Positions 38,122 to 48,286 of a stretch of DNA of 64,000 nucleotides are shown piece by piece. The DNA comes from Candidatus Bathyarchaeota archaeon (GTDB lineage: Archaea; Thermoproteota; Bathyarchaeia; 40CM-2-53-6). A model generated the notes under the pieces. The model saw nothing but the letters and a program-made list of their open reading frames with translations, was not told the DNA's origin and did no database searches. A program made the position numbers and the translations under genes. Positions within the stretch are counted from its first letter, which is position 1. The number at the start of each line of letters is the position of its first letter. Location of the stretch: the NCBI GenBank assembly GCA_963733055.1, contig CAVTBR010000003.1:128001-192000 (forward strand), written 5' to 3'.

Positions 38122-39114
38122 CTATGGGAACTTGAGGCTGAGTGAGCCGTGTGGGCATGCATCGATGCATTCCATGCACATGATGCATTCTGGGTCGTTG
38201 AACTTCTCCCATGGTAGGTCGAGTATGTTGATCTGCATGGGGCATTTGATCTCGCAGTGCGGGCACTTGGTACATTTCACGGGGTCCCGTTTGATGCCCG
38301 TGAAGCTGTACTTCTGGAAGACCGCCATCATTGCCCCAGTTGGGCAGACATATCGGCACCAGAATCTGGGAACCTTCCAGGCCGCACCGAAGAAACCAAC
38401 CAGAATCAATATTCGCAAAGCGAGCAGAGGGGGAGTAGTAAGCAGATCGCCCCAAACCTCTTGGATTGTCGGCGGTTTGTTTAGAAACGCCGCAATGTTC
38501 TGGCTGGCCATTCCGATCAGAGTGGGAATAGTGCCAAACAACGTTCCGTCAGGTGAAATTGCAATGAATGGACCCGAGGCTAGGACGCCCAGCGCAGTCT
38601 TGTAGGCTGAACCTCCCCCCAACGCAAGCGCCAAAGCCAACGTCCCACTGATCAGTAACGTCCCGCATAGAAGGAAGTACTTCACTCTCGTTGAACTCTT
38701 GTGCGTTCTAGGGGAAACAAAGTCCAATTTTCCCTTTAGAGTCGTGATAATGTCTTGAATGAATCCGATAGGGCATATCCAACCGCAAAACGCTCGACCG
38801 ACCACCGCTCCGATAAGCAGTACCGTCCCTAGAACAATCCATGGAAATTCAGGCTGGGATAGCTCCAGCTGAATCAAATCTAGAGAGCTATAGACAGCCG
38901 AGAAATGAGAATTCACGCTAACAAGGATAGGAAGACCAAACGGGATCGGCTGTATCCTCAAATTTGGAAAGATCGTGGTCAACGCAAGAGCGTTTACCGC
39001 CACTAAGGCGATTAATTGAACTATCATACGGGGCAGAGTCCATTTGAACTTGAACCGCCTCAGATCCTCTTCCGGTTTTGCCGGTGGTTGCGTTACTGGT
39101 TGCGTCTCTGCCAT
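38122..39114 (-). CDS. Membrane 4Fe-4S binding protein (NapH/MauN-like)
   Basis: GRAFCGWICP.G, RFWCRYVCP.GA, two CxxCxxCxxxCP motifs. Confidence 0.9.
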   Translation of the reverse strand: MAETQPVTQPPAKPEEDLRRFKFKWTLPRMIVQLIALVAVNALALTTIFPNLRIQPIPFGLPILVSVNSHFSAVYSSLDLIQLELSQPEFPWIVLGTVLLIGAVVGRAFCGWICPIGFIQDIITTLKGKLDFVSPRTHKSSTRVKYFLLCGTLLISGTLALALALGGGSAYKTALGVLASGPFIAISPDGTLFGTIPTLIGMASQNIAAFLNKPPTIQEVWGDLLTTPPLLALRILILVGFFGAAWKVPRFWCRYVCPTGAMMAVFQKYSFTGIKRDPVKCTKCPHCEIKCPMQINILDLPWEKFNDPECIMCMECIDACPHGSLSLKFP

Positions 39115-39124
39115 TCCAGACCAC

Positions 39125-39250
39125 TCATGGAAGTAGAATCACATATGCGCGAAGTATGTCAACGAGCGTTTTGAATTCATTTAGGTAGAGACCGATCATG
39201 AATGCCGTCAGCCCCAAGAATATCGTGAATGCGGCTGATGTGCGTTTCAA
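39125..39250 (-). CDS. 41-aa single-TM protein upstream of the 4Fe-4S protein
   Basis: TTG start: MKRTSAAFTIFLGLTAFMIGLYLNEFKTLVDILRAYVILLP; stop 10 nt before next ATG. Confidence 0.55.
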   Translation of the reverse strand: MKRTSAAFTIFLGLTAFMIGLYLNEFKTLVDILRAYVILLP

Positions 39251-39424
39251 GGAGTCACTTCTCGTACCTTTGGTAGGATTTTCGGTAGCGTTGAACCCAG
39301 CTCGTAATTATACCTTTCCAACAGCCAACACAAAAAACGAACTCAAGAAAGAACGATCATACCACTGTCGGATCCGTACGGTTCCGTGAATCTCTCGTCA
39401 GAACCGTGTTTCTGAAACAGCTTT

Positions 39425-39589
39425 TCATTTGTTTTCTTTCCAACGTTCCTTCAGTTCCTTATAGGAGATACCTGTCGGGTCGCTAAGCCACTTTCCCACC
39501 GCATGACAGAAAATCTTCTCTTCCTCGATTAGGTGTTGGTGGGGTTCGTTGTACTCCGGACAGTTTGCTACTTGTTTGTAAACTCTCAT
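39425..39589 (-). CDS. 54-aa hypothetical protein with possible metal ligands
   Basis: MRVYKQVANCPEYNEPHQHLIEEEKIFCHAVGKWLSDPTGISYKELKERWKENK; GAGG upstream. Confidence 0.55.
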   Translation of the reverse strand: MRVYKQVANCPEYNEPHQHLIEEEKIFCHAVGKWLSDPTGISYKELKERWKENK

Positions 39590-39763
39590 TTTGCTCTGCC
39601 TCGCAGAAAACCATCAGAAAGACCCGTGAAAACGTGCGGCACAACCACACCCATAGCATAGCACCAAGCCTTACGTTTCATCTTCAACTATAAGAAGTGG
39701 CATATCCGACGGAAGACCATTATTATTCCGCCCTAAAGCAATCAAACGAGAGTTTGTTCAAGG

Positions 39764-41101
39764 TTGTTTCCGAGGGATAACGCACTCGCGACGGACCTCT
39801 ATGAGTTGACGATGGCGGCTGCTTATTTTGAGAACAAGGAAGATGCCGAAGCAACGTTCGAACTCTTCGTTAGGAACCTACCGAAGAATCGCTCATACCT
39901 GATAGCGGCCGGACTGGAACAAGCCGTAGAGTATCTTACAAATCTACGTTTCGAGAAAGAACATGTTGAATTTCTCCGGAAGCACCCCGCATTCAAGGAC
40001 ATAAGTGACGACTTCTTCGCTTACCTCCTCAAACTCCGGTTCACTGGCGAAGTCTGGGCGCTTCCCGAAGGGACCGTGTTCTTCGCTAACGAACCCGTAA
40101 TGAAAGTGACAGCCCCGATTATTGAGGCTCAGATAGCCGAAACCTTCCTTCTATCCACAATCAACTTTCAAACGTTAATCGCGACCAAGGCGTCGAGAGT
40201 TGTTCAGAGTGCGAGGGGGCGTGAGGTTGTGGAATTTGGCGGGAGGCGAGCACACGGCCCGGAGGCTGCACTTCTCGCGGCTAGGGCGAGTTTTATCGGT
40301 GGCTGTGTCGGGACATCAAACGTGTTGGCAGGATACAGGTTTGGCATTCCTATCTATGGAACATTGGCTCATTCATTCGTGATGAATTACGAAACAGAGG
40401 AGGAGGCGTTCGAGAGGTTTTGTAAGTCGTTTCCTTCGAACCCGGCGCTACTTCTAGACACCTATGACACTCTTCAAGCCGCGAAGAAAGCTGTTCCGCT
40501 AAAGCCCTCCCTGGTGAGGCTTGACAGCGGCGACCGGTACGATTTGAGCATGAAAGTTAGGAAGATTTTGGACGATGCGGGATTGAAGCAGACGAAGATA
40601 TTCGTGAGTGGGGATCTCAACGAACTCATAATCGACGACCTCACCGCGAAGGGTGCACCAATCGATGCTTTCGGAGTTGGAACGGAACTTGTCACTTCCC
40701 GAGACGACCCGGCATTGCAGGCGATCTACAAGATCGTCGCAACTTGCCGCGGCGGCGAAGTAGGTTTCCGCGTTAAGACGAGCGAGGGCAAACGAACAAT
40801 CCCAGGAGCTAAGCAAGTCTATAGGAGATACACTGCGAGTGGGGAGATTGAGGGAGATACTCTCGCATTGCAAGACGAAAATGATGTCGAAGGTGAGCCT
40901 TTGTTGGTTAGAGTATTCAACAATGGAAAAGTTGCCTACACCATGCCTCAGCTCGTCCAAATCAGGGAAAAAGCGCGAAAAGGTCTTGCCACATTGCCAG
41001 CAAAGTTTAGGACTTTGACCGACCCCCAACCTGCGCCAGTCAAGCTGAGCCCAAAACTTCAAGGGTTGAGCGAGTCTCTTTGGAGGAACCCAGAACAGTG
41101 A
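39764..41101 (+). CDS. pncB: Nicotinate phosphoribosyltransferase
   Basis: TDLYELTM, EFG.RRAHG, GT.AHS, LLDTYD, RLDSGD, FGVGT. Confidence 0.95.
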   Translation: MFPRDNALATDLYELTMAAAYFENKEDAEATFELFVRNLPKNRSYLIAAGLEQAVEYLTNLRFEKEHVEFLRKHPAFKDISDDFFAYLLKLRFTGEVWALPEGTVFFANEPVMKVTAPIIEAQIAETFLLSTINFQTLIATKASRVVQSARGREVVEFGGRRAHGPEAALLAARASFIGGCVGTSNVLAGYRFGIPIYGTLAHSFVMNYETEEEAFERFCKSFPSNPALLLDTYDTLQAAKKAVPLKPSLVRLDSGDRYDLSMKVRKILDDAGLKQTKIFVSGDLNELIIDDLTAKGAPIDAFGVGTELVTSRDDPALQAIYKIVATCRGGEVGFRVKTSEGKRTIPGAKQVYRRYTASGEIEGDTLALQDENDVEGEPLLVRVFNNGKVAYTMPQLVQIREKARKGLATLPAKFRTLTDPQPAPVKLSPKLQGLSESLWRNPEQ

Positions 41102-41400
41102 GGAGAAAGCTCGCAGCTATAGTTTTTCGTTGACGGTTTGATAAGCGACAAACTATTCGAATCTTCAAACCAATGCGATTTGCATCGTTAGCAATCGCGA
41201 GTTCTCTCCCTGAAAACTTTAATTGCACGCATTTTTGTTACACGAACAAAATCCCTCGAACGCTGCATGAAACGGTGTATGAATTGAAGATGCTAATCAG
41301 CAAATCCAGTTCACCTCGACGTGGGATCAGGTATCGAGGGCAAAGCTTCTCGAGCGCTTGCTTGTCGTGTGAGGATTTTGCTAGTTGCTGTGGAAGTTCT

Positions 41401-41976
41401 ATGAGCACTCAATTCGACGGCGCCGCTCCGGCTAAGAAGCCGAAGCTATCGCGCAGGGATTTCCTGAAAATTATGGGCGGCGTCTCCGCTGTTCTTGCGG
41501 CGGCTCCATTCGCGGGCGCGGGCGGGTTTCTGATACCTCAAGTTCCTTCAAAGTTCAATGACGTATTGATCGCCAAGAAGGGCGATGTTCCCGTTAATGC
41601 GTCGATGGTTTACTGGTTCCCATTCACAACAGATCCTACATACACTAACGTATTGATTCACTTACCACCGGATCTTGCAAGTACCGCCGGTAACGAATTC
41701 GTATCCTACAACCGGACTTGCATCCACCTCCAATGCTTAGTATCTTACTTAGGTACGTCCGGCCAGGCAGGGGCAAGTACTTCCGACATCATAGGATGCC
41801 CTTGTCATGGAAGCATTTACCGCCCAACTGACGGTTGGCCAATCGGCGGGCCCGCCGCACAGATCGGGCGTTACCTACCTAACGTTCAACTCCGATTTGA
41901 TGGCGACAATATTTACGCACATAACATAGATTTGAATGCGATCGGATATGGCAGCACAACGCCCCCAAGCAAGTAA
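41401..41976 (+). CDS. Rieske 2Fe-2S protein with Tat signal
   Basis: SRRDFLK, CIHLQC, CPCHGS. Confidence 0.92.
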   Translation: MSTQFDGAAPAKKPKLSRRDFLKIMGGVSAVLAAAPFAGAGGFLIPQVPSKFNDVLIAKKGDVPVNASMVYWFPFTTDPTYTNVLIHLPPDLASTAGNEFVSYNRTCIHLQCLVSYLGTSGQAGASTSDIIGCPCHGSIYRPTDGWPIGGPAAQIGRYLPNVQLRFDGDNIYAHNIDLNAIGYGSTTPPSK

Positions 41977-43348
41977 AGAGAAAGGCCCCGTTCAGCTCCT
42001 GATCGACTGGCTGAACCAGCGCCTTGAACGAACCATTTTCTTGGGGTTGAAGTTCACTCTCCCCAAAAGGTTCGTGAGCCCTCTCGGGTTTCTGGGATTC
42101 TTAACCTTTACGACCTTTGCACTGCTCGGAATATCCGGCGCGCTCTTGATGCTCTATTACAGTCCAACCGTCATCTTCAACACTGCGACTGGGGCGGTAA
42201 CTTCACCATTCGACAGCGTACAGAACATCGATCAGGTAATTCCGTTCGGGTCAGCGTTACGTAACATCCACTACTACGCCTCAAACGCTATGGTACTCCT
42301 GGCTGTCGCACACATGTTCTATCAATACTTCTCAGGCCGGTACAAACTAAGGTATGAAGTCCTTTGGGTAACTGGAATCATCATAGGCATTCTCACAATT
42401 ATCGAAGCCTATACTGGTTACGATCTATTGCTCAACGTGCGCGGGATGTTGGCGATTAACATCGGGAGAGCTTTAGCGAGAAGTACTCCGTTTATGGGTC
42501 CAACGGCTTTTCGTTTGATGGCTGGGACGGGGCTGGGAGACCTCATACTTCGATTCTATAGTGTTCACGTGTTCATCTTCCCGATGATTATGATCCTCAT
42601 AATGCTAGTGCACTTTCCGAGGTACATGGTCCTCGACATACCCGTCGTGTCGATGGTTACGGGCGCGATCATGGTTGTAGGCGGCCTCTTTCCTGTTGAG
42701 TTAGGGACGAAGTTCATTCCAACTGCTGAGGCGGGCATTACGATGCCTGAATGGTACCTGACTGGAATGTACGCGATCATACGAACTGGGATCGACAAGT
42801 TCACGGCGGGCGTGGTGATACCTATGATCTTTGTAGTAGTGTTTCTAGTCGTCCCATTCATAGATACAAGCAGGAAGCTGTCGGTACGTGATCGACCGTT
42901 CTATACCGCCATGGGAGTCGCCGGCTTGGCACAACTCGCCCTAACGACGGTTTGGGGGTTCAGAGCGGCCGACATATTCCAAGGTCTCAACGACATCCCT
43001 CAACTTCTGATCGACCCGTTGATCTTTTTCGGATCGGTGGTTTTCATAGGCGCCGTGGCGTATGCGGGCATCTACGTTTGGTTCAGAGCCACCGCACCCG
43101 CTCCACTTGCTCCAGGGGCTCGCCCAACACACGCTGCCCGTAAGCAGTTTCCAGTTTACAAGATGACATCGAATGAGTGGCGAGCGATCGTTCTCTCACT
43201 CCTCGGCTTCCAAGTAGTGTTCGACATCTACTCATCGCAAGCGTTCCTGGCCGGGTTCAAGAACATCGTTCTACTCCAGATCGGCGTTGGGCTGATCGCG
43301 TTCGGAATACTGGTGCATCTTTACCGAATCGGAGCGGATTCCAAATAG
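41948..43348 (+). CDS. Cytochrome b of a bc-type complex
   Basis: SG.LL...Y.P, R.IH...SNAM....H, RFY..H, PEWY motif. Confidence 0.92.
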   Translation: MAAQRPQASKEKGPVQLLIDWLNQRLERTIFLGLKFTLPKRFVSPLGFLGFLTFTTFALLGISGALLMLYYSPTVIFNTATGAVTSPFDSVQNIDQVIPFGSALRNIHYYASNAMVLLAVAHMFYQYFSGRYKLRYEVLWVTGIIIGILTIIEAYTGYDLLLNVRGMLAINIGRALARSTPFMGPTAFRLMAGTGLGDLILRFYSVHVFIFPMIMILIMLVHFPRYMVLDIPVVSMVTGAIMVVGGLFPVELGTKFIPTAEAGITMPEWYLTGMYAIIRTGIDKFTAGVVIPMIFVVVFLVVPFIDTSRKLSVRDRPFYTAMGVAGLAQLALTTVWGFRAADIFQGLNDIPQLLIDPLIFFGSVVFIGAVAYAGIYVWFRATAPAPLAPGARPTHAARKQFPVYKMTSNEWRAIVLSLLGFQVVFDIYSSQAFLAGFKNIVLLQIGVGLIAFGILVHLYRIGADSK

Positions 43349-43358
43349 AGAGTGCCAT

Positions 43359-43820
43359 GTGATGTCGCAACCAAAGGTAATTCAGGGTCCGTGGGTGGGG
43401 GCAGCGGCGGTCCTGCTGCTTGTGTTGATGGGGACTGGAATGTTCTATTACCAGTTCTACATTCTGCCCGCTGAAATTGGGCCCCCGCATGTCCCGCAAA
43501 ATATCACAATCAACATCGTGGCCCAGCAATGGGCATTCATGGTAAATGGAACCATTGACACACGCAACACTCCCATTGTTGTGCATGTAGGGGATAACGT
43601 CACCTTCCACGTGCACGGAATCTGGCAACAAGACCCGTCATTCAGCGAGCACGGTTTCTTCATAGAAGGAATAATGGATACGCCTGCTACCGTGCAAAAA
43701 GGACATGACCTCACGATTACGATTGTGCCAACTCAGCCGGGCGAATACACAATCATCTGCACGATCTTCTGTGGCGCAGGCCATGCGGACATGCACGGGA
43801 TACTGGAAGTACTTCCTTAG
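43359..43820 (+). CDS. Membrane-anchored CuA cupredoxin (cytochrome c oxidase subunit II-like domain)
   Basis: A.QW.F, HGF, CTIFCGAGHADM CuA ligand set; one N-terminal TM. Confidence 0.85.
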   Translation: MMSQPKVIQGPWVGAAAVLLLVLMGTGMFYYQFYILPAEIGPPHVPQNITINIVAQQWAFMVNGTIDTRNTPIVVHVGDNVTFHVHGIWQQDPSFSEHGFFIEGIMDTPATVQKGHDLTITIVPTQPGEYTIICTIFCGAGHADMHGILEVLP

Positions 43821-43831
43821 GTGAACTTTGG

Positions 43832-44722
43832 TTGCAAGTCACTGCGACTCAAACTGTAAAGAACTACGTCGAAGTCACGAAGCCCCCCATCGTGTTCCTC
43901 CTCGTGTTTACTTCGTTCGCGACGATGATTATCGCTTGGAGCCAAACCCTGATACCACTCACCCCAACCCTGATAATTGCAGCACTTGTGGCCATTACCG
44001 CCTCCAGCGCGGGATGTGATACCCTCACATCGTACGTAGACAGGGATATCGACGCAGTAATGCACCGTACGAAGAACCGTCCGATACCTAGTGGGCGCAT
44101 AACTCCGACAAGAGCCCTTGTTTGGGGTTTGTTCCTAGCTGGCTTAGGCTTAGGGCTCGCCTATTGGATCAACCCGTTATCCTTCCTGTGGATTGCGTTT
44201 GGCGTTATCGACAACGTAGTCGTTTACAGTCTCCTGCTAAAGCGCCGCCACCCGCTCAACATTATCCTCGGAGGAGTTAGCGGCGGCTTACCGGTTATGT
44301 TCGGCTGGAGCGCAGTAACAAACGGAATCTCGCTGCTGCCGGTTCTCCTGGCTGCATTGGTTGTATTGTGGATCCCGGGGCACATATGGAGCTTGGCAAT
44401 ATTCACGAAGGATGATTACACACGGGCAAAGGTGCCAATGCTGCCGGTTGTTACAGAACTCAAGACTGCACTGCGATGCATCGTATCTACCGTCGTTTTG
44501 ATGATACCCTTCTCGCTCTGGATTTACTTCGCCGGCCACTTCGGACCAGTTTACCTTGCGGTTGCAATATTCTTCGGCGCTTGGGTTCTCTACATTAACC
44601 TGAAACTGTTCTTCAACCCTAACAATGACATGGCTTACAAGGCGTTTAAGGTATCAAGCCCCTACCTATTCGCCCTCTTCTTCGCGATGATAATCGACAG
44701 CCTCGTTCGGGCGGCCATTTAG
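43832..44722 (+). CDS. ctaB: Protoheme IX farnesyltransferase (heme O synthase)
   Basis: TKP, DRDID..M.RT..RP.PSG, Y...LKRR, W.P.H...L....DDY..A..PMLP. Confidence 0.93.
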   Translation: MQVTATQTVKNYVEVTKPPIVFLLVFTSFATMIIAWSQTLIPLTPTLIIAALVAITASSAGCDTLTSYVDRDIDAVMHRTKNRPIPSGRITPTRALVWGLFLAGLGLGLAYWINPLSFLWIAFGVIDNVVVYSLLLKRRHPLNIILGGVSGGLPVMFGWSAVTNGISLLPVLLAALVVLWIPGHIWSLAIFTKDDYTRAKVPMLPVVTELKTALRCIVSTVVLMIPFSLWIYFAGHFGPVYLAVAIFFGAWVLYINLKLFFNPNNDMAYKAFKVSSPYLFALFFAMIIDSLVRAAI

Positions 44723-44795
44723 AATTTTCATTAGGATTAGAGCGATCCGAATTATTGCGTAAGGCATATTAGCGATCAAGTGAAGATGTTGCGTC

Positions 44796-45134
44796 ATGAA
44801 AACATTTTGCGGAGCATTTCCACTCCTTCCAGGTAAGACTGAAGCTGGAAAAGAGTTTGCCAAGGCATGTATGGGTCCGAGACGCGCGGAATTTGCGGAA
44901 TCACTGAAAAGAGGAGGCGTAACGAAGGAATCATGGTTCCTGCAGAAGACGCCCCACGGCGACATGGTGATCGTTCACTTTGAAGCCGAGGACGTGGAGA
45001 CGGCTTTCGAAAACTTAGCCACGTCAAAAGACCCGTTCATGGTATGGTTCAAACAGCAAGTGAAAGCAACTACGGGAGTCGACCTAGAACAGCCCAGCGA
45101 TGAGCCACCGCCAGAAGAAATCGTGCACATGTAA
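44796..45134 (+). CDS. Hypothetical protein
   Basis: ORF track; P.LPGK.E, WFKQQV...TGVDL pattern. Confidence 0.65.
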   Translation: MKTFCGAFPLLPGKTEAGKEFAKACMGPRRAEFAESLKRGGVTKESWFLQKTPHGDMVIVHFEAEDVETAFENLATSKDPFMVWFKQQVKATTGVDLEQPSDEPPPEEIVHM

Positions 45135-45141
45135 GCAATAG

Positions 45142-46308
45142 TCAGGAGACGAACGGGCTCAGCCCTTTTGGCGCTCGGCACGTAATTACGTCCTTTATTC
45201 CCTGAGTACCGAGGGTTCTCAGGAGTAAGTGGAAGAGGTAGTCGTTGCCCATGAAATGGTCCGCCATCCTTCTCAGCTGAGTCGAAACCCGCATCTCCTT
45301 TCCCATCACCTCCTTCCATTTAGTCTCGTAACGAGAAAGCGGAACCCCATTCTGAACATAATCGGCCGCAGCTTGCCCCGCAATTTCTCCACTAATCATG
45401 GCGGTTGAGATTCCTCCGCCGTTTGTTGGCATTACCATGCCCGCAGCGTCCCCGACAGCCATCACTTTGCCAGAATACGTCTTCCGAAGCGGTCCATCGA
45501 CTGGGAGTACGTCGGCAATCATTGGCCCAGGTTTTCCGCCTTCAAGCTTCCCTTTGGAAAGCGGGCACTCGTCAAGGAAGAACTTGAGATAACTTCTACC
45601 GTCATTTCTCTTCGAATAGGACGTTCTGATCCCGATGCCTACGTTGGCGGAGCTTCCGCCTTTGGGAATAATCCAACCATATCCGCCCGGCGCAACTTCC
45701 GTACCCATATACATCTCAGTAACGCTTTGGTCAACGGAAAGGTCGGTCATCAAATATTCGTAGTTAATCGCGACATTATTGGCGGTCATGTAATCGTCGG
45801 TCAAGATACCGGCAGACTTCGCAACTTTCGAAGGGAAGCCATCAGCGGCAACTACGACTTTTGCTCTGACCCCCTCATCTTTATTCGGGCCGACGGAGAC
45901 GACTCCGTTCTCTGTGAACAGATCTACCACCGTCCGAAGCTGTATCGTGCCTCCTAACTTTTCAACCTCCTTGGCCACGTGCTGTTCCAGGGTCGTTCGG
46001 TCCAGTATGTACGCTTCAAAAGGAAATTCGTACTCGCGTCCCTTTGGGGAGATCATTCGCAGGATTTTGCAGGTGTTGTTGACGGAGGTTTGAGGAACGT
46101 CGAATACGTGCATGTACTCTCCAGCGCTGGGTAGCAGGCTCTCCATCTCCCTCCGGACGGGGAAGTATTCTCCGCACTTGACTGGCGTTCCCACGACGGT
46201 TTTCTTGTCGAAGACGTAGACGCTCAACCCTCGTTTCAGGGCCTCTAATGCTGTATAGAGTCCGCCCGGCCCGGCTCCGGCCACTGCGAGATCTACGTCC
46301 TTCATCAA
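45142..46308 (-). CDS. Digeranylgeranylglycerophospholipid reductase family
   Basis: GAGPGG, P.KCGE, PGGYGWI.PKG, GDAAG...P..GGGI. Confidence 0.9.
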   Translation of the reverse strand: MMKDVDLAVAGAGPGGLYTALEALKRGLSVYVFDKKTVVGTPVKCGEYFPVRREMESLLPSAGEYMHVFDVPQTSVNNTCKILRMISPKGREYEFPFEAYILDRTTLEQHVAKEVEKLGGTIQLRTVVDLFTENGVVSVGPNKDEGVRAKVVVAADGFPSKVAKSAGILTDDYMTANNVAINYEYLMTDLSVDQSVTEMYMGTEVAPGGYGWIIPKGGSSANVGIGIRTSYSKRNDGRSYLKFFLDECPLSKGKLEGGKPGPMIADVLPVDGPLRKTYSGKVMAVGDAAGMVMPTNGGGISTAMISGEIAGQAAADYVQNGVPLSRYETKWKEVMGKEMRVSTQLRRMADHFMGNDYLFHLLLRTLGTQGIKDVITCRAPKGLSPFVS

Positions 46309-46370
46309 ACTACAAGACTCTCATGCAACGATTACGTAGTCGCACAACGCTCGAATCTTAATTCGGCTGC

Positions 46371-47837
46371 CTAATGGCTAAAGCTTGCGCCTGCGGGCAC
46401 CAAGGAGTTGGCTACTTGGAGTAGGTAGCTAATGATTGGCCCAGGGTATAGGCCTACGACGATTATTATTGCGGTACAAGCTACGAGGACCACAACCAGA
46501 GCGGTTGGCTCCTGTAGTCTTTCTAATACAGGGGATTCGTCGAAGTACATGCGCTTCACCACCCACCCGTAGTATGCCATGGAGAAGGCGCTATTCAGTA
46601 CACCCGCGAGCGCCAGCCACCAGAGGCCACCGTCGACCGCAGCCGTGAATAACATTAGTTTGCTCATGAACCCACTCAAAGGCGGAACTCCGGCGAGGGC
46701 AAAGAGGGCGATTGTGAGCGTGAATGCGGTTATGGGCATACGTTTCCCTAACCCGGAATACGAGTCAAGTGAAGTGGTTGAAAGTCTGCTGAAGACAGCA
46801 GCGGCCGCCATGAAAGCCGCCGTTTTCATGACTCCATGGTTCAGAATATGGAATAACGCCCCAGCTATCCCAAGAGGATTCGGAGCCGCGAAACCGATCA
46901 AAATGTAACCTGCCTGCGCAATGCTAGAGTATGCAAGCATTCGAGTGAAGCTCTTCTGCATCAACGCCGCAACGTTACCCAAAGTCATCGTCAGAATCGC
47001 TATAACAGCAAATGTCCCGGACCAGTCTAGGCGAAGGGCGATCAAGGCTATGGCGAACACTCGGAACAGAGCCGCGAATCCGCCGTTCTTGGTTCCCGCA
47101 GCCAGAAAGGCACCAATCGTTATCGGCGCACCTTCGTACGCATCGGGTATCCACATGTGAAATGGCACTGCAGCAACCTTCATGCCGAAACCTGCGATGA
47201 ACAGCACCATCGCGAGCAAGGCCAGAGGGTTTAGCTTAGGGAGCACGGTTTGCAGGCCCTGTGCGACGCCATACATGTTTGTTGTGCCGGTAATTCCAAA
47301 CACGATTGAAATTGCATAGATAATTAGCGCAGAAGAAAGGGCGCTCAGAATGAAGAATTTTATTGCCGCTTCGTTCGAACTCGGGTCATCCTTCTGAATT
47401 CCAGTCAGAATGTAGGAGGGGACGTTCATCAACTCCCATGCAAGGAAGAGTGCGACGAGGTCGACGGAGAATGCAATCAACATCATCCCGAACGTCCCAA
47501 GAAGCAGCAGGCCAAAGTAAGTGTCAAAATTCTTGTTCTCACGCATGTAATACATCGAACCGATAGCAATCAACAGAGTGACCCCGACAAAGACAGCGGC
47601 GAAATAAACGGAGAAACCGTCTATCGATAGGACTCCCAACACAAGTTGAGGAGTTGCGACGCCTTGAAAGAGGATGAGCGCGATCGCTCCAAGAACGATG
47701 AAGAGTCCGAAGATAGACCAGTAGGCGACCATCATACGAGAAAGAATACGATTTCCGAACCCTTGAATTAACGGAACGAGAATGCTGAAAAGGGGCAGAG
47801 TGACCAGCAATACAGCAGTCGTCAGCGGCATCTGCAT
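46371..47837 (-). CDS. nuoN: NADH-quinone oxidoreductase subunit N
   Basis: EAAIKFF, K.AAVPFH.W.PD.YEGAP, RMLAYSSIAQAGY, G.PP..GF..K. Confidence 0.92.
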   Translation of the reverse strand: MQMPLTTAVLLVTLPLFSILVPLIQGFGNRILSRMMVAYWSIFGLFIVLGAIALILFQGVATPQLVLGVLSIDGFSVYFAAVFVGVTLLIAIGSMYYMRENKNFDTYFGLLLLGTFGMMLIAFSVDLVALFLAWELMNVPSYILTGIQKDDPSSNEAAIKFFILSALSSALIIYAISIVFGITGTTNMYGVAQGLQTVLPKLNPLALLAMVLFIAGFGMKVAAVPFHMWIPDAYEGAPITIGAFLAAGTKNGGFAALFRVFAIALIALRLDWSGTFAVIAILTMTLGNVAALMQKSFTRMLAYSSIAQAGYILIGFAAPNPLGIAGALFHILNHGVMKTAAFMAAAAVFSRLSTTSLDSYSGLGKRMPITAFTLTIALFALAGVPPLSGFMSKLMLFTAAVDGGLWWLALAGVLNSAFSMAYYGWVVKRMYFDESPVLERLQEPTALVVVLVACTAIIIVVGLYPGPIISYLLQVANSLVPAGASFSH

Positions 47838-47962
47838 TGGCTTCGCCTATTCAAGAACGCCCTACTCCAATTAGCTGACATAAATAACGTTTCGCAGACC
47901 AAACCTTTTTCTTGCCGACACTCTCGGTGTCAGGCTGAACCTCGTAATCTCGTGAGTGAGCA

Positions 47963-48286
47963 ATGTCCGGAATAGAAACTGTCAAAATCATAGTCAACGC
48001 GGAGAAGCAAGCCGCGAAGATGATTCAGGATGCAGAAACTACGGCTGCTGATATACGAAAGAAAATTGACTCCTTAATCCGGGAACAACGAACAGAAATG
48101 CTTGCGACGGCAAAGAAAGAAGCATTGGCACTAGTTCAACAAGCCGAAGACGAAGGGAAACGCGAAGCTCAACGCTACGAAAAAGAATCTGAGGCGGGGA
48201 CGCGGGAATTAATCACACGGGCATCCTCGAAGAAAAGCACTACCGTTGACAAACTTGTAGCCTTGGTGATGCAAGGTGAGAAATGA
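47963..48286 (+). CDS. A/V-type ATP synthase subunit H/G
   Basis: I..AE..A...I..A coiled coil; first gene of ATPase cluster. Confidence 0.75.
   Translation: MSGIETVKIIVNAEKQAAKMIQDAETTAADIRKKIDSLIREQRTEMLATAKKEALALVQQAEDEGKREAQRYEKESEAGTRELITRASSKKSTTVDKLVALVMQGEK

Noticed and set aside
41173-41400. Cys-rich N-terminal extension of the Rieske ORF
   Set aside because: The Tat signal should be near the N-terminus; ATG 41401 fits.
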